A stretch of DNA of 64,000 nucleotides from a bacterium (GTDB taxonomy: Bacteria > Calditrichota > Calditrichia > RBG-13-44-9), in the NCBI GenBank assembly GCA_020350205.1, contig CP070707.1, positions 3,624,381 to 3,688,380 on the forward strand, read 5' to 3'. Every line of letters starts with the position of its first letter. Positions within the stretch are counted from its first letter, which is position 1. Under the pieces are notes generated by a model. It was given only the letters and a program-made list of their open reading frames with translations, was not told the DNA's origin and searched no databases. Position numbers and translations under genes: made by a program. This document shows, in pieces, positions 19,467 to 30,354 of the stretch.

Positions 19467-22400
19467 ATGAAAAAATACTGGACAGGAATTGAGCTGCTTG
19501 TCATCCTTGCCGTAGCACTTTCTGCAGGCACCGGAATTGCATCGGAAAGTAAAAAACTGTTGCCGGAATTCAGGATCACTTCCGCAACTAACGATTTGAT
19601 TTCCATGGAATTTACATTTCCAGATTTTGAAGCTTCCGATACCCTCATAGAAGGAAAAACATATCAGGTGCTTCATATGAGCGACATGGGATATTTAACC
19701 CGGGTTGGATTTCCACGGCTTCCCCAAACCACCCGCCTGCTTGGCATTGGACCTTCGGGTGAATACCGGGTGAGGATTTCCGGAGTGAAATACGAGGAAA
19801 TTGATCAAATATTGATATTTCCTGCACAACCCAAGCTGACAAGAGAGGATCAAAGACAGGAATTTGTGATAGACCGGCAATTTTATCAGACTGACAGCTG
19901 GTTTCCACAAGCTATCTGTACCGCTGAAGACCCGGCCATTTTGAGGGATGTGCGGGTACTTCCGTTAAACATTTGCCCATTTCAATATAATCCGGCTCAG
20001 AAAACGGTGCGGGCCGTCCGTATGGTGATGGTAACGATAGAAAAAACAGGAAACACGGGCCTAAACCCAATAAAAATCGGTAACCAGAGACTGGATCAAA
20101 GCTTCTTACCCTTATATCGTTCCTATATTTTAAATTTTAATGAAATGCCCCGTTATTTCGAGAATGAAATTAACGGACTTCCCAACATGCTCATCATTAC
20201 CCACGACCAGTATTTTCAAACCGTACAACCGTTTGCCCAATGGAAAAATGAAAAAGGGGTAGAAACGCTGGTGGTCAAAACTTCAGAAATCGGCGTAAAT
20301 CCATCGGCGGATCAGATTAAAGCCTTCATCGGTAATTATTACCAGGCAGCCGCAGATAAGCCTGATTACTTGCTACTGGTCGGCGATGTCACCGGCTCAT
20401 ATGCAATACCTTGGTTTTCGGTATCCGGCAGTATGTCAGATCACCCCTATTATCAGCTGGAGGGGAATGATATTTTACCGGACATTTCAGGGGGCAGGAT
20501 TTCAGTTCAAACGGAGGCGGAAGCTCAGATTGTCTTTACAAAACTGATCCAGTACGAAAAAACGCCCTTTTTGGGGAACCCTGGTTGGTTTCAATCATCC
20601 CTGGTGATCAACAGTAATGATTTCCAGGATCCCCAGGCAGGTAACTGGGCAAAAGCGCAATTCCTGGCCTATGGGTATAATCCGGTTCATCATCTGGGTG
20701 ACAATCTGGGAAATGCGACGGTGGCGAATGTCTATTCCGCAGTGAATTCCGGCGTCAGTTATATTTTTTACATTGGACATGGTGCTGCCTCGAGCTGGTC
20801 GACAACCGGATTTTCTACCAGCAACATCCCCAATTTAACCAATGGAGCCATGCAACCCGTTATTTCCAGTGTTGCCTGCAATAATGCGGATCTGGATGTG
20901 CCCTATGACGTCTTCGCTGAAGTCTGGTTAAAAAACAGTACAGACAAAGGATCCGTGGGTATTATGGCCTTCACGGAAAGCTGCTCGGTGTATGAAACTG
21001 ATACTCTGGGTCGGGGGATGGTGCGCGCACTCCTATCTGATACTATTCCCGCATTTGGTAATATTATTGATTTCGGCCGACTGCACATGTTTCAAAGTTT
21101 TGGCCTGGGAAGCAGTTCAGCCATGTATCAGTCACTGCTGGTCGGTGAACCGGAACTGCAGGTCTGGACCCGAACTCCCGAAAATTTGCTGGTGAATGTA
21201 CCTGCGAGTGCCTTTTTTAATTCCCCGATTTCAGTGCAGGTAAGTGATCAAAGTGGTCCGGTCGGAGGTGCCCTGGTGTGTTACTGGGATAGCCTGGGTA
21301 ATTACCAGCGCCTCTATACGGATGGGAGCGGTACTGTGACCCTGAATCCGGGCATAGCCGGTCCGGTTAATGGTAAAATAACCATCACCGCACATAATTA
21401 TATACCGGTCCAGATCCCGATTGACATTATTCCACCTAATGGACCATATGTCTTGGTGAAAGATTTGGTTATCCTGGATACCCTGAGTAATAACAACGGG
21501 ATTATTGAGTCAGGAGAACATTTTTTCTTTCAATTTCAAATCGAAAATATTGGTGTTGATCCGGCCGTGAATGTTATGATGAACATATCCTCTCCCGACA
21601 CAAATATTGCAATTCTGAAAGATACATCAACTATTGGAACCTTGTCCGCGTCCGCAATGATGACTGCCGGTAGATTTGAAGCCCGGGTGGATAGCACCTG
21701 TCCTCATTTGTATGCCATCCCGTTATTGATTGACATGATCGCCGATGGTGGTCACAATTGGCAGCAGAATTACTGGATGCGGGTTCGGAAGGGTTCCCGG
21801 ATTCAGATTTCCGCAGATACGCTTTCATTCCCTGCCACCTTTTTAAACTTTGCCACAGATTTGTCGGTGGAGGTATACAATGAAGGCCCGGATACCTTGT
21901 GGGTGCAGGATATTATTTCATCCCTTCCTCAGTTTTCTACCAGTCCCGGCATATTCGGTGTATCACCTGGTTCAAGTTTTCCGGTGACCATTCGTTTCAC
22001 CCCGGATACTGTACAAAACTTTCTGGGAAGTATTGAATTTCTGAATAATGATCCCGTACGTTTTAGAACACGGTTGATGGCACAAGGTAGCGGGGTTTTG
22101 GCACCGGATATTGAAGTCGTGGATAGCCTGCGTCTTTATGCTGCGGCGAATGACTCCCTGGTAGAATCACTGCGCATATCAAATACCGGAGCAGGAGATT
22201 TAATTTTTTCAGCACAGACCGCCGGATACCGTCCCGGTTCATCTTCCCCGGAAGGTTCCGGAGGCGCTGATACATTTGGGCATATCTGGGTAGACAGTGA
22301 TGAGCCATCGGGTCCGGTTTATAACTGGATTGATATCAGCGGTTCTGGAAGTATGCTTTCTTTGACCGGAAATAATTTAATTTCTGATCCCGTTAATCTG

Positions 22401-23330
22401 GGATTCAGTTTTTCTTTTTATGGTCAGGAATATACAAATCTGCGTATCTGCACTAATGGATGGGTGAGTTTTAGTACAGTCTCGGTGGCTTATAATAACT
22501 TGGCGCTGCCCGATCCCCTGGCACCCCGCAATCTGATCGCACCCATGTGGGACGACTTGCTGATAACTCCAAACTCGGCAGTTTACACTGAGAATCAGGG
22601 AAACAAATTTGTGGTCTCATTTCTAAATATGGAGCGGGTAACCGGAGAGGGACCCTATTCATTTCAGGTTGTTTTGTATGATAATGGCAATATACTCCTG
22701 CAATATATGAACCTGAACCAGCTCTTGCATGACTATACTGTGGGAATTCAGAATCAGAATGGTTTGGATGGGCTCACCATTGCCCATAATGAAACATACC
22801 TGAAAGATAGCCTGGCCATTCTCATTAGCCGGCACAGCTGGCTTTCTGTACAACCCGCAGGAGGAACCATCGCTCCAGGTGACTATCTGGATTTGCAATT
22901 GACCATACGCACCAGCAATTTCCCATTCGGCGAATTTTATGCAGCAGTTCAGATTGAAAGTAATGATCCGGATGAATCCCTGGTTCTGATACCCATACAT
23001 TTAAGCGTGGGGTTAACCGGTCTGGAATCCGTCGCAAGCCAATCCCTGCCCAGGACAATTCAATTGTCACCAAACTTCCCGAATCCCTTTAATCCTACAA
23101 CAACGATTCGTTATGGATTGCCCGAAGGTATGAATATTGAGCTGGCAGTATATAATATGCTGGGCCAGAAACTAAAAACACTGTATTCCGGGAGACAGGC
23201 GGCTGGTTTTCATACGGTGTACTGGGATGCCACCAATGAAAATGGCGATTCCATGGCTTCAGGTGTTTATATTTACCGGCTGAAAACAGCAAATAGCAGC
23301 TTTGTGGGGAAAATGATTCTGATGCGGTGA
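19467..23330 (+). CDS. Peptidase C25 (gingipain-like) multidomain protein with a type IX secretion C-terminal sorting domain
   Basis: Signal peptide. C25 His/Cys dyad regions (YIFYIGHGAASSW ... VISSVACNNAD). Several Ig-like/beta-sandwich regions. C-terminal roughly 80-aa T9SS sorting domain (FPNPFNPTTTIRYGLPEGMNIELAVYNMLGQKLKTLYSG...GVYIYRLKT). Confidence 0.8.
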   Translation: MKKYWTGIELLVILAVALSAGTGIASESKKLLPEFRITSATNDLISMEFTFPDFEASDTLIEGKTYQVLHMSDMGYLTRVGFPRLPQTTRLLGIGPSGEYRVRISGVKYEEIDQILIFPAQPKLTREDQRQEFVIDRQFYQTDSWFPQAICTAEDPAILRDVRVLPLNICPFQYNPAQKTVRAVRMVMVTIEKTGNTGLNPIKIGNQRLDQSFLPLYRSYILNFNEMPRYFENEINGLPNMLIITHDQYFQTVQPFAQWKNEKGVETLVVKTSEIGVNPSADQIKAFIGNYYQAAADKPDYLLLVGDVTGSYAIPWFSVSGSMSDHPYYQLEGNDILPDISGGRISVQTEAEAQIVFTKLIQYEKTPFLGNPGWFQSSLVINSNDFQDPQAGNWAKAQFLAYGYNPVHHLGDNLGNATVANVYSAVNSGVSYIFYIGHGAASSWSTTGFSTSNIPNLTNGAMQPVISSVACNNADLDVPYDVFAEVWLKNSTDKGSVGIMAFTESCSVYETDTLGRGMVRALLSDTIPAFGNIIDFGRLHMFQSFGLGSSSAMYQSLLVGEPELQVWTRTPENLLVNVPASAFFNSPISVQVSDQSGPVGGALVCYWDSLGNYQRLYTDGSGTVTLNPGIAGPVNGKITITAHNYIPVQIPIDIIPPNGPYVLVKDLVILDTLSNNNGIIESGEHFFFQFQIENIGVDPAVNVMMNISSPDTNIAILKDTSTIGTLSASAMMTAGRFEARVDSTCPHLYAIPLLIDMIADGGHNWQQNYWMRVRKGSRIQISADTLSFPATFLNFATDLSVEVYNEGPDTLWVQDIISSLPQFSTSPGIFGVSPGSSFPVTIRFTPDTVQNFLGSIEFLNNDPVRFRTRLMAQGSGVLAPDIEVVDSLRLYAAANDSLVESLRISNTGAGDLIFSAQTAGYRPGSSSPEGSGGADTFGHIWVDSDEPSGPVYNWIDISGSGSMLSLTGNNLISDPVNLGFSFSFYGQEYTNLRICTNGWVSFSTVSVAYNNLALPDPLAPRNLIAPMWDDLLITPNSAVYTENQGNKFVVSFLNMERVTGEGPYSFQVVLYDNGNILLQYMNLNQLLHDYTVGIQNQNGLDGLTIAHNETYLKDSLAILISRHSWLSVQPAGGTIAPGDYLDLQLTIRTSNFPFGEFYAAVQIESNDPDESLVLIPIHLSVGLTGLESVASQSLPRTIQLSPNFPNPFNPTTTIRYGLPEGMNIELAVYNMLGQKLKTLYSGRQAAGFHTVYWDATNENGDSMASGVYIYRLKTANSSFVGKMILMR

Positions 23331-23343
23331 GATTTATTTTTAA

Positions 23344-23377
23344 AACAATACTCCCCGCTTCGGCAGGGAGTATTGTT
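23344..23377. terminator. Strong hairpin AACAATACTCCCCGCTTCGGCAGGGAGTATTGTT between convergent genes; possible bidirectional terminator
   Basis: 10-bp perfect stem arms CAATACTCCC/GGGAGTATTG around a UUCG-like loop. Lies 14 nt after the stop of the 1287-aa gene. No clean T-run on the plus strand; TTTTAAAAA on the minus strand. Confidence 0.4.
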
Positions 23378-23598
23378 GAAGCTATTAAAGCTTCTTTATT
23401 TTCATCTTTACTTTCATTTTCAACTTCATGAGGTCCTCCATTCTCTTTTACCTCGCCTAAATTATGACCCTGCTTACTTCACCCCTGTGAACTGGATCAA
23501 TTTTACCGATTTTTTTATTAAAGGTTTCAAAAATTATCAATTTTAAAACCGTAAATTTGATTAAGGTCGACTTAAAAAGATACAAACTTTGGTTTAAA

Positions 23599-24546
23599 TT
23601 ATATTCTCCGACGAAATCCCTCTCCCAGAACTTCATGGACATCCGAAATAATTACGAATGCGTCAGGATCAATATCTTCAATTAATTCCGTTAATTGAGA
23701 AATTTCTTTACGGGTGACTACGGTCATAATTACTTCCCGATCGATGTTTTTATAGAGTCCCCGGGCCTTTAATGCGGTTGCACCACGACTCAATTCCTGA
23801 ATGATCGAATCTGCGATTTCCTGAGTTTTATTTGAAATAATATACGCGGCCCGGGCATAATTAAAACCATCCAGAATGACATCTACCAGCTTACTTGAAA
23901 TAAATAGCAGAAAAAACGCGTATAAGGTCAGAGAAAATGCCGGCCGCTCTACCGATAATCCTTTGCTGTATATGATAAATCCTGCGAAAGAAATGACGAA
24001 AAAGTCAATTAACATGATTGCCTGCCCGGGTTTAATTCCGTAATATTTTTGGAGGATTGCAGCAATAATATCAGATCCTGCAGTCGATCCTTTAAATTTA
24101 AAAATAATTCCCAATCCAATCCCCAATAATACGGCACCGATCAGAACCAGAAACAGAAAATCATTCTGTCTCAAATCTATGATAGTAGTTGATTGATGGA
24201 GTTGGATGAAATGCAGCCCCGGAAGATCTCCTCGGAAAAAATCTATAAAAAAAGCGTTTGAGGAAAATCCATAGAAAGTCCGGGCCCCGAATCGTTTTCC
24301 CAGGACTTTTGTTCCCCAAAAGTAAAGAGGAATGTTAAGCAACCACATCATTAATCCGACCGGCAACAGATTATTCGATAGATAGTGTAAGGCCATCGAT
24401 AATCCGCTTACCCCACCAGGAACCACCTGAGCATCCACCAGAAACACCCCAATCCCCAATGCCATAATAATGGAACCAATGGTAATGAAAAAGTAATCTG
24501 CCAGCGGAAATCGTCTTAATAATCGACCCATGATGAATCTCCCCAA
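23599..24546 (-). CDS. YitT-family (DUF161/DUF2179) integral membrane protein, paralogue 2
   Basis: Same architecture as 2835..3680, with conserved GG(V/T)(A/S)G and C-terminal DUF2179-like segment. Confidence 0.7.
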   Translation of the reverse strand: MGRFIMGRLLRRFPLADYFFITIGSIIMALGIGVFLVDAQVVPGGVSGLSMALHYLSNNLLPVGLMMWLLNIPLYFWGTKVLGKRFGARTFYGFSSNAFFIDFFRGDLPGLHFIQLHQSTTIIDLRQNDFLFLVLIGAVLLGIGLGIIFKFKGSTAGSDIIAAILQKYYGIKPGQAIMLIDFFVISFAGFIIYSKGLSVERPAFSLTLYAFFLLFISSKLVDVILDGFNYARAAYIISNKTQEIADSIIQELSRGATALKARGLYKNIDREVIMTVVTRKEISQLTELIEDIDPDAFVIISDVHEVLGEGFRRRI

Positions 24547-24871
24547 ATAAAACCGCCCAATTTAACAGAAAAAAGTTTACTATTTTAGCGAATAATTATA
24601 TTTTGGGATTCCCCGAATTTCACCGGAACTAATGGTTTATCTAAAATAATTCTATACCTCACCCGCAACTCGGTTTTAAAGGCAGGAGGTTGGAAGGAAT
24701 GCATGCTGAGTTGGATTATTATCTAAAAAAGTCTGATTTGCTTTAGCGCACTTTATAAATGTAAAGTTTAACGTATTATTACAAGAGCAGTTAAATTTCG
24801 GCCCCCAAAGAACCGTCTTGTAAATTATGAGGCTGGAATGTATATTTTATAAAGTGGTCTGACAACTCAAT

Positions 24872-26584
24872 TTGATGCATATGGCGAACCCAAAAAAAAT
24901 AAAAGTCCTGTATATTGAAGACGATACCGATGTCCGAATGCTGGTACGGAAAGTTCTGGATAAGAAGGGTTCATTTCACTATATGGAAGCTTCAACGGGA
25001 TTAAGCGGTCTGGAAATTGCCATTAAGGAAAAGCCCCGGCTCATCATTATGGACATCGATTTGCCGGATATTCGCGGCGATGAACTCACGACCAAAATTA
25101 AGAACACCCAAGCGCTCAAGGATACTGTCATTATTGCCCTGTCCGGCGTGAGGGAGCAAAATATTCGGGAGAAGGTACTGGTAGCCGGGGCCGCCGGGTA
25201 TATCAAGAAACCCATCGATGTTGCTAAATTTCCCGATCAAATCCTGAGATTTTTAGCAGGTGATAAAGAGGTCGTGGAACAGGAGGAGAAAGAATATTAC
25301 CACGAACAATATGAACTTTCCATTGTGGATCGATTGACCCATAAAGTTCAGGAACTGGAGATTTCGAATCAGCGCCTGGAGAGCACATCTCAAAATCTGG
25401 CCCGAAATATTAAATCATTCCAGAATATGCTTGGTTCAATTTCCGCGCTGCAAAGCTGTCAAAATCCAGCTGAATTTAAAAAGATACTGGTACAGGAAAT
25501 TGCCCGGAATTTTGGATTTGAACGCTGTGCCTTCTTGGATGTTAATCATGAGAACATGTCCTTAGAAGTAAAATATGCCCAGGGTATTGCCCAGAAGGAC
25601 TGGGGTCGGTATACCTATCCGGTTACCAGCCCGGCGATTCAGCAATTTTTTAAAGAGAATCAGATTATTCAGATCCAGAAAGTTGAAGAAGTGAAGGAGC
25701 CGCTCTTAAAGTCATTTCTGGATGAACTTAAAACCAGGCAATTTGTATTTGCTTACCTGGGAACACCCATTGGGCAGGTACAATCCACTGAAATTCGAGA
25801 AGGAGTGTTACCCCTGTTAGAATCATTTCTTCCCAGTTTACACGACCGGGAAGATATGGATATCGATATTATCCTGGGTAATCTGGAGGAATATCTATCC
25901 AGCGAATCACTCTATCGTGCCGGTTTTTTATTTATGGACCACCAGGGGACCGGGCGGGAAATTGACGATAACGAAATCAGGTTTTTAGAGACCCTGATTC
26001 GGACGGCTAGCTATATGTATCAGAATATTTCGCTAATGGAGCAACTGCGATTCCTGTTCATAAAAGCTGAAAAAGAAGCAATTACGGATCCGCTGACCAA
26101 TCTGTATAATTATCGGTATTTTATTCATCAGTTAAACCGCGAAATCAGCCGCGCCCAGAGACACCACTCAATTTTTTCGCTTATCATGATTGATATCGAT
26201 TACTTCAAGAACTATAATGATGCGTATGGGCACCAATCGGGTGATCTCATTCTGCAGCGTATTGCCCGCTCCATGGTTGAAAATACCCGAAACAGTGATA
26301 TGGTCTGCCGCTATGGGGGTGAGGAATTCTGTGTGATCTGCCCGGAGCTGAGTCGAGGCGACGCAAAAAAAATGGCGGAGAAGCTTAGACAGATTGTTGA
26401 GAAGCTTGAGCTGCCTCAAATAGAAACGGTTCCGGGAGGAAAATTGACCATTAGTTCGGGAATTGCGAGTTTCCCGGAGGACGGGGATACTGCCTACCAG
26501 CTCATTCTTAATGCAGATAGGGCCTTATATCGTGCAAAGGCCACCGGGCGTAATAAAGTCTGTGCCATCATTGATGAAACCTAG
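24872..26584 (+). CDS. Response regulator with REC, GAF-like and GGDEF diguanylate cyclase domains
   Basis: REC domain with phosphoacceptor context IIMDIDLPD. C-terminal GGDEF domain with an intact GGEEF active site (RYGGEEFCVI) and an RxxD-like region. Confidence 0.85.
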   Translation: MMHMANPKKIKVLYIEDDTDVRMLVRKVLDKKGSFHYMEASTGLSGLEIAIKEKPRLIIMDIDLPDIRGDELTTKIKNTQALKDTVIIALSGVREQNIREKVLVAGAAGYIKKPIDVAKFPDQILRFLAGDKEVVEQEEKEYYHEQYELSIVDRLTHKVQELEISNQRLESTSQNLARNIKSFQNMLGSISALQSCQNPAEFKKILVQEIARNFGFERCAFLDVNHENMSLEVKYAQGIAQKDWGRYTYPVTSPAIQQFFKENQIIQIQKVEEVKEPLLKSFLDELKTRQFVFAYLGTPIGQVQSTEIREGVLPLLESFLPSLHDREDMDIDIILGNLEEYLSSESLYRAGFLFMDHQGTGREIDDNEIRFLETLIRTASYMYQNISLMEQLRFLFIKAEKEAITDPLTNLYNYRYFIHQLNREISRAQRHHSIFSLIMIDIDYFKNYNDAYGHQSGDLILQRIARSMVENTRNSDMVCRYGGEEFCVICPELSRGDAKKMAEKLRQIVEKLELPQIETVPGGKLTISSGIASFPEDGDTAYQLILNADRALYRAKATGRNKVCAIIDET

Positions 26585-26627
26585 TAACAGATGATTCACC
26601 CTTAATCTCTGTACCGGATCTAGTAAT

Positions 26628-28505
26628 TTGAGATTATATTCCTACCTATCGATTTTGTTTTTCTTCCCTCTGATAATTACCGGACTCCGAGGCCAGGACA
26701 TTCTGAATATTCCGCTCTCTACTCGAAATGCAAATTATGAAATAGAGGTTTTTCTCGATACCCGCCAAAAACAGTTGCGAGGGAGGGAAATAATCACCTG
26801 GTCGAACACGGATAACCATCCGGTTTCAGAATTGCGATTCCACCTGTATTTGAATGCATTCCGCCATAAATCTTCCAGTTTTATGAGCGGTATGTCCAGG
26901 TGGCGCCTGGACAGGATTGAAGAAGGTGATCTGGGTGGAATAGATATTTCCCGCTTAATCGTGAACGGACAATGGGATCTGAGCGATCACATTTCCTATA
27001 TTCAACCCGATGACAAAAATCCCTTTGATTCGACAGTCGTTTCAATTTCCCTTCCCGAACAGGTAAGACCCGATAGGACCATCCGGATAGAGATTGAATT
27101 TATCTGCCGGCTGCCGCGTTTGATTGCCCGGACCGGTTATCAAGATAATTTTTTTATGCTGGGTCAATGGTTCCCTAAAATTGGTGTTTTCCGGGACGGG
27201 CAGTGGAATTGCCACCAGTTTTTTCGTCACAGTGAATTTTTCGCTGATTTTGGAACTTATGACGTGAATATTACCCTGCCGGCAGAATATGTAGTGGGTT
27301 CCAGTGGTATTTTAGTGAGAGAAGAACAAAAAGACAGCCTTAAGTTGCTTTCCTTCAGGGCCGAAGATGTTCATGATTTTGCTTTCACTGCCTGGCCGGA
27401 ATATCGGCAAATCAAAAAAACGGTGAATGCAGTGGAAGTGATATTACTCTATGCACCCGAGCATTCTTCAAAAGTTTCACGGTATTTTGATATTATTGAA
27501 TTCGCTCTTGGATATACTGCAAACTGGCTAATGCCTTACCCCTATCCGCAGCTAACGTTAGTGGATGTTCCCCTCTATGCATTTGAGGCCGGCGGGATGG
27601 AATATCCCGCATTGATCACATGCCATAGCATGTGGGGTATTCCGGAAAATGTTAAATGGTTTTTAGAAGAGTGTACCCTTCATGAATTTCTGCACCAGTA
27701 TTTTTATGGTATTCTGGCCAGCAATGAAGCCGAAGAGCCGTGGCTGGACGAGGGGCTGACCAGTTATGCGACCAAAAAGATTTTATCGGAAAGGTATGGA
27801 AGGCATCGATCAGCCTCTACCTTTCTTAATATTCTGGTGGGGGCCTTTGACGGAGCGAAAAAAAACTATATGGGCAGTCCGGATGTGAGCATTACCATGA
27901 AACCGAGCTGGGCGTTTAAGCCGGGGACCTATTATGTGAGCGTGTATAGCAAGCCGATGCTGATGTTACAAACACTCGAAAATATTCTGGGTACGGTCCG
28001 CATGGATTCAATTATGAACTCCTATATCCGGAGCTGGAAATTTAAACATCCTCGCACGCGGGATTTCCTGGAGATTGTCCACCAAAATTCCTTCCGGGAT
28101 ATGCGGAAATTTTTCCAACAGGCCCTTTACGATAGTGTGGTCCTCGATTATTCCGTGGCATCTGTCCGACAAAAGCGAGATGATAAAGGTGAACTGCTTG
28201 GAACCGATATTACCTTTAAGCGTCTGGGTGATTTTATTTGCCCCGTAGAAATTGCATACACCTATGCCACTGGACAAACGGTCTTAAGTGAGTGGAGCGG
28301 AATGGATTCGATGCTAGTACTAAGCATCGGGGGTCCAGATCCGGTAATTTCTGCCCAGGTAGATCCCGAACATAAAATCTGGCTCGATGTGAACTGGACC
28401 AACAATTCATATGCTGTAAAAGAGAATCCGCTGGCTTTTTACCGGCACTGGCTTAAAGCACTCAAAATGTATCAGCAAGTATTAATTGGGTTTTTCGGTT
28501 TCTAG
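26628..28505 (+). CDS. M1-family (gluzincin) metallopeptidase, secreted
   Basis: HEFLH followed 18 residues later by E (WLDEG), i.e. HExxH-x18-E. Signal peptide. TTG start. Confidence 0.7.
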   Translation: MRLYSYLSILFFFPLIITGLRGQDILNIPLSTRNANYEIEVFLDTRQKQLRGREIITWSNTDNHPVSELRFHLYLNAFRHKSSSFMSGMSRWRLDRIEEGDLGGIDISRLIVNGQWDLSDHISYIQPDDKNPFDSTVVSISLPEQVRPDRTIRIEIEFICRLPRLIARTGYQDNFFMLGQWFPKIGVFRDGQWNCHQFFRHSEFFADFGTYDVNITLPAEYVVGSSGILVREEQKDSLKLLSFRAEDVHDFAFTAWPEYRQIKKTVNAVEVILLYAPEHSSKVSRYFDIIEFALGYTANWLMPYPYPQLTLVDVPLYAFEAGGMEYPALITCHSMWGIPENVKWFLEECTLHEFLHQYFYGILASNEAEEPWLDEGLTSYATKKILSERYGRHRSASTFLNILVGAFDGAKKNYMGSPDVSITMKPSWAFKPGTYYVSVYSKPMLMLQTLENILGTVRMDSIMNSYIRSWKFKHPRTRDFLEIVHQNSFRDMRKFFQQALYDSVVLDYSVASVRQKRDDKGELLGTDITFKRLGDFICPVEIAYTYATGQTVLSEWSGMDSMLVLSIGGPDPVISAQVDPEHKIWLDVNWTNNSYAVKENPLAFYRHWLKALKMYQQVLIGFFGF

Positions 28506-28526
28506 TACAACAGGCATGGTTTATCT

Positions 28527-29411
28527 ATGAATATTATTTATAAGGCCTTAAGGCGAATTTGGGGGCTGAGAAGATTTATTCTGGTTACTGGAGCAGTTCA
28601 TGTACTGATTAGTGTGTGTTTCCTGCTTCCTTATAATAAATCATTTTGGGAGTTTTTTTCTCATCGGCTGATTACTGAAACCCTGGCTTCGCAAAACCTT
28701 TATACCTATTATGCCGAGTTTTACCAGCGAATGGATATACAGATAGATTCGACGATAAATTGGCTACAATTTGGAATTTTTGGACATTATTTCCTGATGG
28801 CCTTTTTAACCGGAGGAATTATCTCTGCCATAATCATAACCCGGGATATAGATATTAAGGAATTTTTCAGAAGTTGTCGCTATTATAGCTCGAGAATGTT
28901 CAAAATTGCTCTCTTGACACCAGGTATGCTGATTTTTCTGTTTGTGGCGGGTGTTCTGCTGGCCCTGCCACTTACATTTTTTCTGCCGGATTATTTCAGC
29001 GAGGATCAGTTTTTTTATTTTTTAATGTCGTATGGCATAGTTGTTAGTGTGGGCATTATCTGGGGATTATTAATATTGGACATTGTAAAGGTTTGGATGA
29101 TAGAAAATAATGAGCGAAGACTTGGACCTGTACTTCTGTCCGCCGTTCAATTATTTATCAGAAAGCCATTGAGATTCACTGGATTTTACTTGATGATGCT
29201 ATTTATTTGGCTAACTTTCACGGCCTCCTATTGGATATTTCAAGATTTATTAAGCGACCGTTCGGTGGGGGGGATTCTTCTTGAATTATTAATTTTTCAG
29301 GGTTTTGTCTTCCTGCAAATGTGGATCAGATATGCTCGTTATGATGTTATTTACCAAATTTTATACAGTTCAAGCCTAATTGATAAAAGCAATACTCACC
29401 AATTAAAGTAG
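28527..29411 (+). CDS. Hypothetical polytopic membrane protein
   Basis: 294 aa, about 6 TM helices, no family recognised. Confidence 0.5.
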   Translation: MNIIYKALRRIWGLRRFILVTGAVHVLISVCFLLPYNKSFWEFFSHRLITETLASQNLYTYYAEFYQRMDIQIDSTINWLQFGIFGHYFLMAFLTGGIISAIIITRDIDIKEFFRSCRYYSSRMFKIALLTPGMLIFLFVAGVLLALPLTFFLPDYFSEDQFFYFLMSYGIVVSVGIIWGLLILDIVKVWMIENNERRLGPVLLSAVQLFIRKPLRFTGFYLMMLFIWLTFTASYWIFQDLLSDRSVGGILLELLIFQGFVFLQMWIRYARYDVIYQILYSSSLIDKSNTHQLK

Positions 29412-29430
29412 AATATAATGGGAATATACT

Positions 29431-30318
29431 GTGGAAAATTTATATATTGGAACTTGTAGCTGGAAATATGATTCATGGCGTGGAATTGTCTACTCCGATA
29501 AATCACCGCTTAATCATTTGCAGGAATATGGCCGGCAGTATAATACGGTAGAAATCGACCAATGGTTCTGGTCACTTTTTGGTCCTGACAAAATTGCTCT
29601 CCCCTCTCCATTTACCGTTCAGGAGTATCTGGAAGCCATTCCGGCAGACTTCAGGTTTAGTATTAAAGTACCGAATAGCGTTACTTTGACTCATTTTTAC
29701 AGAAATCAAAAAAGCGATCCTTTGCAGGAAAATTCTCATTTCCTATCAGTTGAACTGTTTCAGCGGTTTCTGGACCTGATCCGGCCCCTTCAGGAGCATA
29801 TTGGACCGTTGATGTTTCAATTTGAATACCTGAATAAGCAGAAAATGTCTTCACAAGAAGAGTTTCAGGAAAGAATCGGTGTGTTTTTTGAAAAGTTAGA
29901 CCGGAAATACCGTTATTTTCTGGAAATCCGTAATCCGAATTATCTGAATGCCGACTATTTTCGGTTTTTGCAGAGACTCAACCTGGGCCATGTTTTTTTA
30001 CAGGGATATTACATGCCTTCAATTGTTGACCTGTATTCAAAAATTGGATCTTTTATTCGGCGGGGAACCGTCATTCGGTTGCATGGTCCCGATCGGGGGG
30101 ATATCGAAAAAGAAAGTGGTGGGAAGTGGAACCGGATTCTGCAGCCGAAGGATGATGAGTTAAGCCGTATCGCTGGGATTGTTCGGGATTTACTGGAACG
30201 GAAGGTTGAGGTGTATGTGAATATGAATAATCATTATGAAGGCTCCGCACCGCTGTCTATTCAGCGGCTGGAAAAATTTTTGACCACAGGGGACAGTGAA
30301 GACCTGGAAAGGAAATAG
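29431..30318 (+). CDS. DUF72 (UPF0759) family protein
   Basis: N-terminal YIGTCSWKYDSW matches the DUF72 Y(I/V)GTSGW signature region. Confidence 0.6.
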   Translation: MENLYIGTCSWKYDSWRGIVYSDKSPLNHLQEYGRQYNTVEIDQWFWSLFGPDKIALPSPFTVQEYLEAIPADFRFSIKVPNSVTLTHFYRNQKSDPLQENSHFLSVELFQRFLDLIRPLQEHIGPLMFQFEYLNKQKMSSQEEFQERIGVFFEKLDRKYRYFLEIRNPNYLNADYFRFLQRLNLGHVFLQGYYMPSIVDLYSKIGSFIRRGTVIRLHGPDRGDIEKESGGKWNRILQPKDDELSRIAGIVRDLLERKVEVYVNMNNHYEGSAPLSIQRLEKFLTTGDSEDLERK

Positions 30319-30354
30319 TATCTCGCTACCGAATGCGTAAGCGATGTAAAAACA

